A model generated the notes under the pieces. That model did no database searches and was not told the DNA's origin. It saw only the letters and a list, made by a program, of their open reading frames with translations. A DNA stretch of 64,000 nucleotides. It comes from Ostreococcus lucimarinus. Its lineage: Eukaryota. Below, one piece after another: positions 27,892 to 39,200 of this stretch. The translations under genes and the position numbers were made by a program. Where the stretch lies: assembly GCA_000092065.1 (NCBI GenBank), contig CP000593.1. One strand, written 5' to 3'. Position 1 is the stretch's first letter, and each line of letters opens with the position of its first letter.

Positions 27892-29913
27892 CTAATTCTC
27901 CCACGCCACGTGACGCGACGAATTTACCCTCGATGACGGATCGGCTTCGGACGAGAGTATGCTCCCGTCGTCGACCGCCGAAGATGACGCCCACGTGTCG
28001 TACTGCAATCCTGGGATGTTTTGCGTGTGATCGCTCGAGCGATGCGCGTCCAAGACGAAGGGCTCGTCCAAGAGCGCCACAGCCTCGGGGCGCATCTCCG
28101 CGTCTCTTTGTAAACATAGTCGCAAGAAATCTTGTCCTTCGGGGGACAAATCCTCGGGGATGTCTGGGATCTCGTTCGAGGATGCGATTTTGAATATTAT
28201 TTGCACCTGCGTGCTGCACTCGCTCCACGGCGGCGAGCCCGTAGACATCTCATACACCGTGCACCCAACGCTCCAGATATCGGCTTCAAAACCGATATTT
28301 TGTTGGCGTATTACCTCGGGTGCCATCCAACACGCGCTTCCTTTGAACGATTTCCCGATCGACACGCGCTCGAGCACCTTGGCCATACCAAAATCGGCGA
28401 GCTTGATGCGCCCGCTCTTTTCTACTAAAATGTTCGCCCCCTTGATGTCTCGATGTACCACGCGCTGCGAGTGCAAATACGCCAAACCGATTAAAATTTG
28501 ACGCGTATACACGCGAATTACGTTTTCTTCAAACTTACCGAATCTCTGCACGAGAGACGCGATGGATCCTCCCGGGACGTATTCTAAAAAGATGTACAGC
28601 GCCGTCTCTTGACGCGTGATCCCAATGTAACGTACGATATTGGGATGCACTAAGCGCGAAAGCACGTCCACTTCTTGCTCGAGTTGCTCAATGGACTCGT
28701 CGCGGTGCTTATCCGAACTCCCCACGCGAACTTCCTTGAGCGCGAAAAGCTCACCCGTGTCGCCATTGAGCGCTAGCCAGACGCTGCCGTACGAACCTTC
28801 CCCTAAATTATCCCCTTTTGTCCATCGACGAGGTTTCGTCGGTGCGAGCGACGTGTGACACATTCGTAACATACCATCATCCGAGGTGGTGTAACTCACC
28901 TCGCTCCAAGCGCCGCCGCTCGTCGATCGACGATGACCCAAACGCGGCGAAGGAATGCCGTTGTCTGAGTAGTCGTGATCCGTCGACGCCCTCACGGACG
29001 GCGCGCCGTCATCCATGAACGGGTTCGATCGATCGCGCTTGTGCATCGTCTCGCGATGACTATCGTCCATCGCGTCTCTCGCGCTCAAGTCGCTTGCCGT
29101 CGTGCTAACCTCGGACAACCTCGAATCTCTATGCGCTCGGCGCTCGGGGCCCGAGCTCGGCGGCGACTCGGACAATTCCACCGCCGTCATGGACGCCGCA
29201 CCTTTCGCGTGCCGAGGGATCGTCACTTTTGTTGACGCCACTTTCGCCACCTTCCCAGCCGCCGCCATCGCGCCCTTCGCCGCCCCAGCCGTGGTGGACA
29301 CGAAGGAATTCGTCCGCCGAGTCACTCTATCTCGCGATTGAATCAATCGCGTCTTCTCCCCCGAGTCCACCGCCATGTCCAGCGTCACCTCATCCAAACT
29401 CACGTATCCATCGTGCGATCCGGGCAAGAGCACTTTCAGCTTCTCCGCGACGCGCGTCGACCCACGCCCGTGCGCTGACGCCAAATTCCCCAACGGAGGC
29501 GGCAACGGCAACGGCGTCGCCTCGCTCGTCGTCGCCGCCTCGCGTCGCTCCGCCGCCGCCAACACCTCCGCCGCGGGCGTCATCCGGAGCGATCTCGTGG
29601 ACTTCGTCATCGCACGGCTACCCATCACCGCTCCATCGCTCGCGCTCTCGCGCGCCACCGCGTCCGCTCGCCGATCGTCTTCGTTCGCGTTCGCGTTCGC
29701 GTTCGCGTTCGCGTTCGCGTTCGCGTTCGCGTTCGCGTTCGCCCCGTCTCGCCGCATCCTCTCCTTCGCCTTCACCGCCGCCCCCTTCATCGCGATCGCG
29801 ATCGCCCGCGCGCGCGCCTTGAAAGATCCAGACCCCGTCGACGTCCGCGCGTCGCCGACGCCGTCGTCGTCGACGTACGGCGTCGTCGACGCGCTCGAAA
29901 AGCAAATTCCCAT
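27892..29913 (-). CDS. MAP kinase kinase kinase (MEKK/YODA/ANP-like MAP3K) with long disordered N-terminus and C-terminal kinase domain
   Basis: Kinase motifs GEGSYGSVWLA, ALKEV, HRDIKGANILV, DFGMAK and GSACWMAPEV. The N-terminus contains an (AN)n run encoded by (GCGTTC)n. Confidence 0.8.
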   Translation of the reverse strand: MGICFSSASTTPYVDDDGVGDARTSTGSGSFKARARAIAIAMKGAAVKAKERMRRDGANANANANANANANANANANEDDRRADAVARESASDGAVMGSRAMTKSTRSLRMTPAAEVLAAAERREAATTSEATPLPLPPPLGNLASAHGRGSTRVAEKLKVLLPGSHDGYVSLDEVTLDMAVDSGEKTRLIQSRDRVTRRTNSFVSTTAGAAKGAMAAAGKVAKVASTKVTIPRHAKGAASMTAVELSESPPSSGPERRAHRDSRLSEVSTTASDLSARDAMDDSHRETMHKRDRSNPFMDDGAPSVRASTDHDYSDNGIPSPRLGHRRSTSGGAWSEVSYTTSDDGMLRMCHTSLAPTKPRRWTKGDNLGEGSYGSVWLALNGDTGELFALKEVRVGSSDKHRDESIEQLEQEVDVLSRLVHPNIVRYIGITRQETALYIFLEYVPGGSIASLVQRFGKFEENVIRVYTRQILIGLAYLHSQRVVHRDIKGANILVEKSGRIKLADFGMAKVLERVSIGKSFKGSACWMAPEVIRQQNIGFEADIWSVGCTVYEMSTGSPPWSECSTQVQIIFKIASSNEIPDIPEDLSPEGQDFLRLCLQRDAEMRPEAVALLDEPFVLDAHRSSDHTQNIPGLQYDTWASSSAVDDGSILSSEADPSSRVNSSRHVAWEN

Positions 29914-30125
29914 GCCTCGAATCCTCCAACGACTTTCGACTTTCGTTCGTTTTCACCGCGCGCGGCGCGCGCGGCGCGTCGTCGTCGCTCGAGCGTCGCT
30001 CGAATCGCGCGCGATCGCCGGCGTCGCGATCACGTCCGCGCGCGCGCGCGTCGGACGCCCGCGCGCGCGGGCATCGACGACGGTCGTCCCGAGCTGCGTC
30101 GCACTCTGCGGCGCGCGCGCGCGCG

Positions 30126-31916
30126 ATGCCGCCCGGCGCCGCGCCCGGCGCGCCGGACGACGCGGGCGGTGGCTACGACTACGCCGCGCAGCTCGAGCGC
30201 GAGCCCGCGCGCGCGCGCGACGCGCGGGCGGCGTTTAAACACGCGCTGCCGCTGCTCGCGCTGACGCTCGTCGCGCTCGCCGCGCTCGCGCTCGACGCCG
30301 CGAGCGTCGCGCGAGACCGCGCGCGAGGATTCTCAAAGTTCTTTTCGTCGATCGACGACGATCGCGACGGCGAGCTGACGCTGGGCGAACTGGCGGAGTA
30401 CTTGGGGACGGCGCGACTCGGCGTGGCGGGCTCGGACGCGGCGACGACGGCGCGACGATTGGATTCTCCGGACGACGACGACACGACGGTGAGCCTACGG
30501 GAACTGCGGCGAGGCGCGGGGTTGATGAAGAGCGTGCGCGAGACGGCGGAGTGGGTGCGATGGGGGGTTGGGGCGCCGGAATGCGCGAACGCGTTCGCGG
30601 AGAACGGCGTGTCGTCGATGGATTTTCCATCGTTGTTGGCGAAGGACGGCGAACGGTTGCGACGGATGGGGGTGGTGCGCGATCACGAAAAATTGACGAG
30701 AGCGATGACGAGGCAGTTGTTGCACGTCGGGCGCGCACCTTCGTCGCCGAGAGCGGTCAAGGCGAGCGTGGAGCGCGGCGACGGGGAGCCGCGAGTGCGC
30801 GTGACGTGGAGAGCGCCGAAAGATCTCGGTTCGCCGCGCGCGCACGAATACGTCGTGCAAAGCGGAGTCGGGGTGGGTGGTAGAGTTTTAAAGTGGACTC
30901 ACGTTGCGAACGTCGACAGTGAGACGTTTACGGTGGATGTTGATGAGTTGAGTCGCGCGCCTGGGGTGCGGCACAAATTTCGCGTCATTGCTTGGGGCGA
31001 GTACGGGAGGAGTAAATCAACCAAAGCGATGTCGAACTGGGTGACGATAGCCGATGAAAGCGACGCCAAGTGGGTGGGTACGATTGTTTCGCTCGCTTTG
31101 ACGCTTCGATTCGTCATCGCCGCGCGTGGCCTCATCATCCGCGGCTTGGTGCTGATGGCGGCCTTGGTCAAGTTTACCGTCGCTCTAGCGAAGGGAGAGA
31201 AGAAGAGCGTGAAGGAATTCCTCGAACCGGCGCTCCGCATGAAGGAACCGTCGACACCGCCGTCCGTCGGTATAAGCATCAACAGAAAGCTCTTCACGCC
31301 TACGAAGGTTCTCGAGAGTCAATCGAGCATGAGCGAGAGCGACCCTTACTTTGTCGCTGTGGGAGATGCGTGCATGTCCATGGAAAGCCGCAAGCAGCTA
31401 GCAAGGAAACACTTGGACGAGCGTGAGTTCGCCGCCGGTGCGGGAGGCTCGGACGGCTTTTCACCCGTGCATCAAAGCATAGTATCAAGGCACGCGAGAG
31501 AAGCGATGACGCTCGCGCCAAACGACTCGTTAAATGGACGACGGCGCGAGCCAGGCGTTAAAGTTCTCGCGTGTAGCGACCCGGGGTGTCAAGTAAACTT
31601 GAAAAAAGCTCGCACCGTGCGGCATTTCTGCGGTTTATGTCAGGCGTGGTTTTGCGCGGAGCACACGCGAGTGTCACCTCACGGAAATCGCGGGCGATGC
31701 AAGCCCGAGTCGCGGTGCATCTGCACCGACTGCTACGAGATTCTCTCGAAAGAGGAGCAGCGAGAATTGGACGAAGATAACGCGTATTCGATCGCGTCTC
31801 GGACGACAAAAAAGAAGACGTTGTCGCGCGCTGTTACAATGATGATGACACGTCGACGCGGCGCGAAGGCGTCGGAGATTAGTAATAATCTTTTCAAAGA
31901 CGCCATGAGCGCGTGA
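30126..31916 (+). CDS. Multidomain membrane protein of unknown function: N-terminal TM/signal anchor, EF-hand, SAM domain, fibronectin type III domain, second TM segment, and a C-terminal Cys-rich zinc-finger (FYVE/RING-like)
   Basis: EF-hand loop DDDRDGELTLGELAEY. SAM-like ..ECANAFAENGVSSMDFPSLLAKDGERLRRMGVVRDHEKL.. FN3-like ..PRVRVTWRAPKDLGSPRAHEYVVQ..FRVIAWGEYG.. TM segment WVGTIVSLALTLRFVIAARGLIIRGLVLMAALV. Cys-rich tail C-x4-C..C-x2-C..C-x..H..C-x2-C. Confidence 0.45.
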   Translation: MPPGAAPGAPDDAGGGYDYAAQLEREPARARDARAAFKHALPLLALTLVALAALALDAASVARDRARGFSKFFSSIDDDRDGELTLGELAEYLGTARLGVAGSDAATTARRLDSPDDDDTTVSLRELRRGAGLMKSVRETAEWVRWGVGAPECANAFAENGVSSMDFPSLLAKDGERLRRMGVVRDHEKLTRAMTRQLLHVGRAPSSPRAVKASVERGDGEPRVRVTWRAPKDLGSPRAHEYVVQSGVGVGGRVLKWTHVANVDSETFTVDVDELSRAPGVRHKFRVIAWGEYGRSKSTKAMSNWVTIADESDAKWVGTIVSLALTLRFVIAARGLIIRGLVLMAALVKFTVALAKGEKKSVKEFLEPALRMKEPSTPPSVGISINRKLFTPTKVLESQSSMSESDPYFVAVGDACMSMESRKQLARKHLDEREFAAGAGGSDGFSPVHQSIVSRHAREAMTLAPNDSLNGRRREPGVKVLACSDPGCQVNLKKARTVRHFCGLCQAWFCAEHTRVSPHGNRGRCKPESRCICTDCYEILSKEEQRELDEDNAYSIASRTTKKKTLSRAVTMMMTRRRGAKASEISNNLFKDAMSA

Positions 31917-32131
31917 GCGGCGCACGCGCACCGCGTAGCTGAGTTGCGATAGTACACTAATTATACGTTAGAACGACGACGACGACGACGACGACGCGCG
32001 TCCGAGAGTTTAATAATTTCGTTCGTTCGTCTTAAAACGCTATCGGTATCGACATGCCCGATTTCTACAGACGTAAAATTTGTGTTGTTGTGTCGAAGGG
32101 AGTTCAACTTGTTTTTGCTAGTGAGACTCAA

Positions 32132-32727
32132 TTACGCGTCGAGCAACTCGTCATCCTCATCCGGCAACGGCTGCGCCGCCGCATCGGCGAGCTCCTTTTC
32201 GTACGCGGCAACCTCGGCCAAGTCCACTTGGACGGTCGGCGGCGCCAACGCCGGGGATTCGGTGAACTGCAACGCCGCGTTCCCGCTCAACTTGCGAGCG
32301 AGGTACAAGAACGGCTTTTCAAAGTTGTAGTTGGACTTCGCCGACAACTCGTAGTACTGCAAGTTCTTCTTACGGTGGAACGTGATCGATTTCGCGCGCA
32401 CCTGACGGTTGCGCACGTCAACCTTGTTACCGCACAACACGATGGGAATGTCCTCGCACACGCGCGTGATGTCGCGGTGCCACGTCGGCACGTTTTTATA
32501 CGTCGTCCTCGACGTCACGTCGAACATGATGATCGCGCACTGCCCGTGGATGTAATACCCATCGCGCAGGCCGCCAAACTTTTCCTGCCCCGCGGTGTCC
32601 CAGCAATCGAATCGAATCGGCCCGCAGTTCGTGTGGAAATCCAGCGGGTGCACGCTCACGCCCACCGTCGGCAAATACTTCTTCTCAAACTCCCCCGTCA
32701 AGTGTCGCTTCACGAACGTCGTCTTCC
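32132..32727 (-). CDS. RAN: Ran GTPase, exon 2 (begins GG|AAG ACG ACG TTC = (G)KTTF, through the acidic C-terminal DEDDELLDA)
   Basis: ..[64 protein letters not shown].. is canonical Ran. It joins exon 1 after a 197-nt GT..AG intron (32728-32924). Confidence 0.85.
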
Positions 32728-32924
32728 CTGTCCTCGCGCGTCCCGCGCGTCGCGTCGCGTCGTCAGTCACCCACGTCCGCGTCTCCCGTCGCCCTCGTCT
32801 TCTCCCCGCCGCGTCCCGCGCGTCCCGTCGCCCTCGTTTTCCGTTTCCGATGCGCAGATTCGGATTCGCGTCGTTCGATCGCGTTCGGCCCTCATCCGCG
32901 CTCGCGTCGCGTCGCGTCGCGCAC

Positions 32925-32991
32925 CCGTCCCGCCGTCGCCGACGAGGATCAGCTTGAACGTCGGCACTTGCCCCTGCGGCGGCGCGGACAT
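32925..32991 (-). CDS. RAN: Ran GTPase, exon 1 ([23 protein letters not shown], phase-1 split inside the P-loop Gly codon)
   Basis: ATG at 32991. The GTGCGC donor follows the GDGGT(G) codons. The in-frame ORF upstream of the acceptor is simple-sequence DNA. Confidence 0.7.
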
Positions 32992-33171
32992 CGCGTCGAT
33001 CTCGGCGCGTCGCGCTCTCGCGCATGCCGTCGGCGCGCGCCCTAGGGCGCCCGCTGTTTTTGAATAGAGCACACACACGGTGCTTTATCCACTCTTTATA
33101 CGTACTTCAAACACGTATACTACATCAACCAAGCTCTATATGAAAAGGATCTCAAACCCGGATCGGAACGA

Positions 33172-35346
33172 GTGGCCCAGCGCGCGCGCGACCGCGGCGC
33201 GCACACCCCGACGCCGCGGCGACGCGACGACGCGATGGCGAGCGCGCGAGGCGCGACGACGGCGACGCGCTCGCGCGGCGTCGCGACCGCGACGCGCGTC
33301 GCGACGCGACGACGACGCGCGACGCGGGCGAACGCGACGAACGACGCGCGCGATGGGTCGAGCAAAGCGGCGCTCGCGGCGAAGATCGCGGCGCTCAGGG
33401 CGGAGAACGAGGCGATCAAGGCGCGGATGACGACGCGAGGCGCGGAGGGAAGCGGCGCGGCGCGCGAGGGGCGCGGGGGGGGGGTAGCGACGATGCGGGG
33501 GGAGACGAAGGCGGAGGCGAGGACGACGGCGAAGGCGGAGGCGGAGGCGTTCGCGGGCGATCTTCCGAGCGCGTACGAGGGGGAATCGGAATACGGCGCG
33601 AAGGCGAAGGCGGCGGCGGCGAAGAAGGCGATGGGGGGGGAGGAGACGGAGGCGACGACGGCGACGACGGCGACGACGGATACCGCCATGTTCGCGGAGG
33701 CGTTACCGCCGCCGACGACGACGGCGCCGACGACGGCGCGACCGCCGGTGGAGAAGACGGATAATCCGATGCAAATCGTGTTCGTGTCGAGCGAGGTGGC
33801 GCCGTGGTCGAAGACTGGGGGGCTAGCGGACGTGTGCGGTTCTTTGCCGCAGGCGCTCGTCGCGCGCGGGCACCGCGTCATGGTCATCGCGCCCAAGTAT
33901 CAAAACGGCTCAAAGTCGGACGTTTTGTACGAAGGCGCGTTCGATACGTGCGTCAAGGCGAAGCTCGGATGCTTCGGTGGCGAACAAGAGGTGGGTTACT
34001 TTCATCAAATGAAGAACGGCGTCGATTACGTCTTCGTCGATCATCCGTCGTTCCACCGCAAGGGTGGACTGTACGGAGATTCGTACGGCGTGTACGGCGA
34101 CAACCAGTTCAGATTCACTTTGTTGTCCCACGCCGCGTGCGAAGCGCCGCTTCAGTTGCCATTCGCGGAGTGCGGTGGTTATTACGGACAAGACGTCGTC
34201 TTCGTCGCCAACGACTGGCACGCCGGTTTGGTACCGACTTTGGTGGCGTCCAAATACCGTCCTCACGGCGTCTACAAGGATGCGCGCACGATTTGCGCCA
34301 TTCACAACATTTTGCACCAAGGCGCGGAACCGTCGACGACGTTCCCGAACCTCGGCGTGCCGAACGAGTGGTACGGCGCGCTCGAGTACCAGTACCCCGA
34401 GCACATGCGCGCGCACGAACTCGATGAGGGTAGAGTGGTGAACATTTTGAAGGGTGCGATCGCGACGTCCGACCGCGTGTTGACCGTCTCTCAAGGGTAT
34501 GCGTACGAAATCACCACCCCAGAAGGTGGTCAGGGCATGGAAGGTTTGCTCTTGAGTCGCCAAAACCGCTTGGACGGCATCGCGAACGGCATAGACATGG
34601 ATGAGTGGAATCCGGAGGCGGATGCGGATTGTGCGGCGGCCTTTACGGTGACGGACATGTCCGGAAAGCTCGAGTGCAAACGCGCGCTGCAGAAGGAACT
34701 GGGCTTGCCGCAACGTGACGACGTGCCATTGATGGGCTTCATCGGACGTTTGGATTGGCAAAAGGGTCCGGATTTGCTCCAGAACGCGCTCCACGACATG
34801 ATGCGCGAGGACGTCCAGGTGGTGATGCTCGGCAGCGGTTTGCCCGAGCTCGAAGACTTCATGCGTTGGGCCGAGAGCACGTACCCGGACAAGTTCCGCG
34901 GTTGGGTCGGTTTCTCCGTTCCCATGGCGCACCGCATTACCGCTGGTTGCGACATTTTGCTCATGCCTTCGCGCTTCGAGCCGTGTGGCTTGAATCAACT
35001 CTACGCCATGCGTTACGGTACGTTGCCCATCGCGCACGCCACGGGCGGTTTGAAGGACACCATCACCGCGTACAACGCGTTCGGCGACGCCGACAAGGTG
35101 TTGGCGGGCACGGCCGATTACAATCAGGGCGAAGGCGTCGGCACGGGTTGGTTGTTCAAAGACATGAACGCCGATGCTCTGATGTGGGCCGTTCGTTCGG
35201 CGTGCGACGTGTATCGCTCCGAACCGAAGATGTGGCGAGCGATGCAAACGCAAGCGATGACGCAAGATTTGTCCTGGGACAACGCCGCGACAAAGTGGGA
35301 AAAGGTTTTCGAGTGGTCTAAGATCGACCCGCCGCACTGCGGTTAG
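33172..35346 (+). CDS. Starch synthase, GT5 family (soluble SSI/SSII-like) with coiled-coil/transit N-terminal extension
   Basis: The glycosyltransferase 5 N-domain motif reads ..MQIVFVSSEVAPWSKTGGLADVCGSLPQALVARGHRVMVIAPKY.. The GT1-like C-domain reads ..RFEPCGLNQLYAMRYGTLPIAHATGGLKDTI.. Confidence 0.85.
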   Translation: MAQRARDRGAHTPTPRRRDDAMASARGATTATRSRGVATATRVATRRRRATRANATNDARDGSSKAALAAKIAALRAENEAIKARMTTRGAEGSGAAREGRGGGVATMRGETKAEARTTAKAEAEAFAGDLPSAYEGESEYGAKAKAAAAKKAMGGEETEATTATTATTDTAMFAEALPPPTTTAPTTARPPVEKTDNPMQIVFVSSEVAPWSKTGGLADVCGSLPQALVARGHRVMVIAPKYQNGSKSDVLYEGAFDTCVKAKLGCFGGEQEVGYFHQMKNGVDYVFVDHPSFHRKGGLYGDSYGVYGDNQFRFTLLSHAACEAPLQLPFAECGGYYGQDVVFVANDWHAGLVPTLVASKYRPHGVYKDARTICAIHNILHQGAEPSTTFPNLGVPNEWYGALEYQYPEHMRAHELDEGRVVNILKGAIATSDRVLTVSQGYAYEITTPEGGQGMEGLLLSRQNRLDGIANGIDMDEWNPEADADCAAAFTVTDMSGKLECKRALQKELGLPQRDDVPLMGFIGRLDWQKGPDLLQNALHDMMREDVQVVMLGSGLPELEDFMRWAESTYPDKFRGWVGFSVPMAHRITAGCDILLMPSRFEPCGLNQLYAMRYGTLPIAHATGGLKDTITAYNAFGDADKVLAGTADYNQGEGVGTGWLFKDMNADALMWAVRSACDVYRSEPKMWRAMQTQAMTQDLSWDNAATKWEKVFEWSKIDPPHCG

Positions 35347-35403
35347 ATATCCAATTCAGTTTTACAATATTCATGCCGCTATAAATCAACCTACAGTGTT
35401 CCA

Positions 35404-36195
35404 TCACAGCGCGCTCTTTATGACGGCCGCCTCCCCGTCGCGACATCGCGCGTCCCACACCGCGACGCCATCGTCCGCGGCCACCGCGAACTCGGGCTCT
35501 CGACCGTACACTCGTCGCGCGACCTCGATCAAAATCATCGCCGTGAGCCCCCATATCGTGCGCCCCTCGTACTCAAAGTAATGGACGCGCACGGCTGGGC
35601 GCGCCCCGTTCGGCCGCGCCCAGTCGTCGTACCGGTGACGATCCGCGCTCAGAAACATCTCCAGCGGCGCCGTGAACACCTCCGCCACCTCCTCGCGCGA
35701 GATCTCCTCCTCGCGCACGCGAAATCCCTCCCGAACCACCCCCACCACCGGTCGCACGCTCACGCGATGCCTCGACATCACCACCGGCAACCGTCCCACC
35801 ACCTCCACGTCCCTCGGCGTCCGCATCCCGATCTCCTCCCGCGCCTCCCGCGCCGCCGTGCCCGCGTCGCACGCGTCCCGCGCGTCTCGCTTCCCTCCCG
35901 GCAGCGCGATCTCTCCCGCGTGCGATCGCATCGACGTCGCGCGCGTCGTCAGCGTCACGTCCCAACCGTCGTCCCCGCGCGCCGCGAGCGGGACGAGCAC
36001 CGCCGCGCGATCGCTCCCGCGCATTCGCGCGTGCGCCGCCGCGTCGCCGTCGCCGTCGCCGTCGTCGAACAGTCCGCGCAGCGCGTCCGCGCGGCGCGTC
36101 GGCATCGTCGACGCGCCGACGCGTCGCGACGTCGCGACGCATCGTTCCATCCGTCGCGCGCGCCGTCGATCGCGCGCGCGGCGCTTTTGTATCAC
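35404..36195 (-). CDS. Nudix hydrolase, CoA pyrophosphatase type (NUDT7/NUDT19-like)
   Basis: Nudix box ..GGKRDARDACDAGTAAREAREEIGM.., preceded by the CoAse-type ..LVPLAARGDDGWDVTLTTRATSMRSHAGEIALPGG.. motif. Confidence 0.7.
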   Translation of the reverse strand: MIQKRRARDRRRARRMERCVATSRRVGASTMPTRRADALRGLFDDGDGDGDAAAHARMRGSDRAAVLVPLAARGDDGWDVTLTTRATSMRSHAGEIALPGGKRDARDACDAGTAAREAREEIGMRTPRDVEVVGRLPVVMSRHRVSVRPVVGVVREGFRVREEEISREEVAEVFTAPLEMFLSADRHRYDDWARPNGARPAVRVHYFEYEGRTIWGLTAMILIEVARRVYGREPEFAVAADDGVAVWDARCRDGEAAVIKSAL

Positions 36196-36228
36196 CTTTT
36201 TCGTCGTACACAGTCACCGTTTCGCGCC

Positions 36229-39200
36229 ATGAGTGAAGTCGCGTCGCCGCCGGGTGATGCAAACACCCGGAAGCGCGGATTCGAACGGACGACCACAGCC
36301 ACTCGATCGCGACGCGCGCCATCGCGCGACGCGACGCGACGCGCGTCCAGCGCGCGAGCACGACGCGCGGTGAAACCGCGCGGTGATCCGAACAACCCGC
36401 GGTGCGCGACGCGCGACCGAGCGATCGGTGCGCGGCGTCGACGGCGATCGGCGAAGACGATCGCGGCGGACGGATCGAATCGGTTTTTCGAGACGCGCGC
36501 GCCGCGGGCGATCGAGGCGCGGAAGACGGACGGGATGGCGCGGACGGCGACGCGCGCGGTGAGGACGACGACGACGGGGGGGGGGCGGAGGCGCGGAAGC
36601 GCGGTGAGACGACGCGGGGGGACGCGGGGACGCGCGAGCGCGAACGCGGCGGATGAGACGACGGCGCGCGCGGACGCGGCGGCGGCGGTGCGAGATCTGG
36701 CGAAGACGCAGTTGAACGGCGCGGATGGGCCGAGGGTGTTTACGGTGCCGGCGGTGCCGGTGGCGGGGGCGCCGGTGAGGGTGTTCGCGGACGTGGAGCG
36801 GGCGGACGCGTTGCGGTCGGCGAGCGAGCGCACGCTCGTCGGCGGGTACAACCAGTGGAAGATTGGGTCGTTCGAGAAGGCGATGGAGCGGGTGGAGGGG
36901 ACGAGCTGGGTGTACGTCGACGTTGACGTCGATGAGCGGGCGTACGAAATGTCTTTCGTGTTCAGGGGTGACGGACAGGCGTATGAAAAAGACGAAGGCC
37001 AAGATTTCGTCGCGGCGGTCGACTTCGGGCCGACGCCGGAGGAGTTTGTGGAAATCCTAAAGGTGGTCGCCATGGAAGACGCGGCGCGCGCGGATGCGAA
37101 CGCCATAGTCGACGCTGAAATGGCGTTCGCCCGCGATGGCGTCGCGGGCGTCGGGGCGACGTTTGAAAAGTACGGGCGCCTCATTTGCAAAACCTCCACG
37201 GGGGACGCGGGCGTCGCCGGTAGCACGGAGCGCGTCTTCTGGAACAAGGCACTGAACCCTATTGGCGGTGACGACGCGGAGAAGCTCATCATGCACGTAG
37301 GATTTAACGGTTGGATGCGTGGCGTTGAGGAGAAGTTGACGCTCGTTCGCGCGACGGGCGAAACGAGAGATGAAAATAACGACTGGTGGGTCGCCGACGT
37401 CCCGATTCGTCCTTCGGCGAGCGTGCTCGACTTTGTCATCTCGGACGAGGACGAAATGGCTTGGGACAACAACGAGAACGCGGACTACCGACTCGCCATG
37501 GACGTCACGTCCGACGAGTCCACGTGGGAGGTCTTGCGAGAGCTCACATTCGAAGAAAAACGCGCGGAGGCGCTGCGAGCTTTGGTTGAGGAAAAGCAGC
37601 GCGTCGCCCGCCGCGCGGAGGAGGCCGCGGCGGCCAAGGCGAAGGCTATTGAAGTGGGCTTGAAGCAGCAGGCGTTCATCATTCACACCGAACCGAAAGT
37701 TCCCGAGGTGGGCAAGCCGCTCAAGGTCTTCTACAACAAGAACAACACCCACCTCAACTGGAGCGAAGAAATTTACTTGACTGGCGGCTTCAACCGTTGG
37801 GCGCACGAAACCGCGGTGGCGCCGATGAAAATGACGCCTCCGACTGAGGGCGAAGAATTTTTCTCCGCCACCGTGCCGAGCGTACCGTCTGACGCGTGGA
37901 TGGTCGACTTCGTCTTCAGCAGTGGCGTTGGCGAAGGTGCGCAGTATGATAACAAGGGCGGACGTGACTATCACATCCCGACGCGCGGAAGCGCGGCGAA
38001 AAAGCCGCCTCTGCACGTCGTGCACGTCGCGGTGGAGATGGCACCCATCGCCAAGGTTGGCGGTTTAGCCGACGTCGTCACCGCCATCGGTCGCGCCATT
38101 CAAGATAATGGACACTTAGTGGAAGTCATTCTTCCGAAGTATCAGTTTTTCAACAACTCAGTCTTGCTCGGCGCCAGAGAATACGAAACGCACTTCGATT
38201 GGGCGGGCACGACGATTCGCGTCGAAAAGTGCAAGGTGGAAGGCTTGCAGTGCTTCTTCATCGAGCCGCAAAACGGCATGTTCCAGACCGACTCGGTGTA
38301 CGGTAGAAACGATGATGCTGAGCGTTTCAACTTCTTCTGCAACGCTGCGCTCGAGTTCCTCCTTCGCACGGCTCGTCAGCCGGATATTCTTCACTGCCAC
38401 GACTGGAGTTCGGCAGAAGTCGCGCGAGCTTACTGGGACCACTACCATCACAATGGTTTGACCAAGCCAAAAGTGGCGTTCACGATTCATAACATGAACT
38501 ACGGGCAAGCCAAGCTCGGTGAGGCCGTGCACCACTCACAGATGACGACCACGGTTTCGCCGTCCTATGCGGGTGAAGTCTCGGGCAGCCCGGTGATCGG
38601 AGGCAACGGCGGCAAGTTTACCGGTATTCGTAACGGCATTGATCCCGACATTTGGGACCCCGAAACGGATGCATTCGTGCCGGTCAAGTATAACGCCGAG
38701 AACGCTGAAAAGGGCAAGGCAGCGGCCAGGGCTGAGCTTCGCAGTCGCCTCGGCATGACTGGTTGGGACGACAAGCCCATCGTCGGCGTCGTCTCTCGTC
38801 TCACCGCTCAAAAAGGTGTACACCTGATCAAGCACGCCGCACATCACACCATCAGTCGTGGTGGGCAATTTGTGTTGCTTGGTAGCGCGCCTGATCCCAA
38901 AATTCAAGGAGATTTCAACGGTCTCGCCAATCAACTCGCCGGCGACAACTCTGGTTTCTTCTTCGCGTTTGACGAGCCGTTGTCGCACCTCATGTACGCT
39001 GGTTGCGACATCATCTTGGTCCCGTCTATGTTCGAGCCGTGTGGTTTGACACAGATGATTTCCATGCGCTACGGTGCTGTACCTGTCGTTCGTGCCACTG
39101 GTGGCCTGCGTGACACCGTCTTCGACGTCGATAATGAAAAAGAGCGCGCGGCTTGGGAAATCGCCGGTTCCACCGACTGGGAAAAAGATGGCGACATGAC

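Noticed and set aside
35581-36228. 5' extension of the SSIII ORF (MDAHGWARPVRP..) that would add about 216 aa.
   Set aside because: It runs antisense through the entire Nudix hydrolase gene and is Arg/His/Pro-rich nonsense. The first plausible Met ([10 protein letters not shown]) is at 36229.
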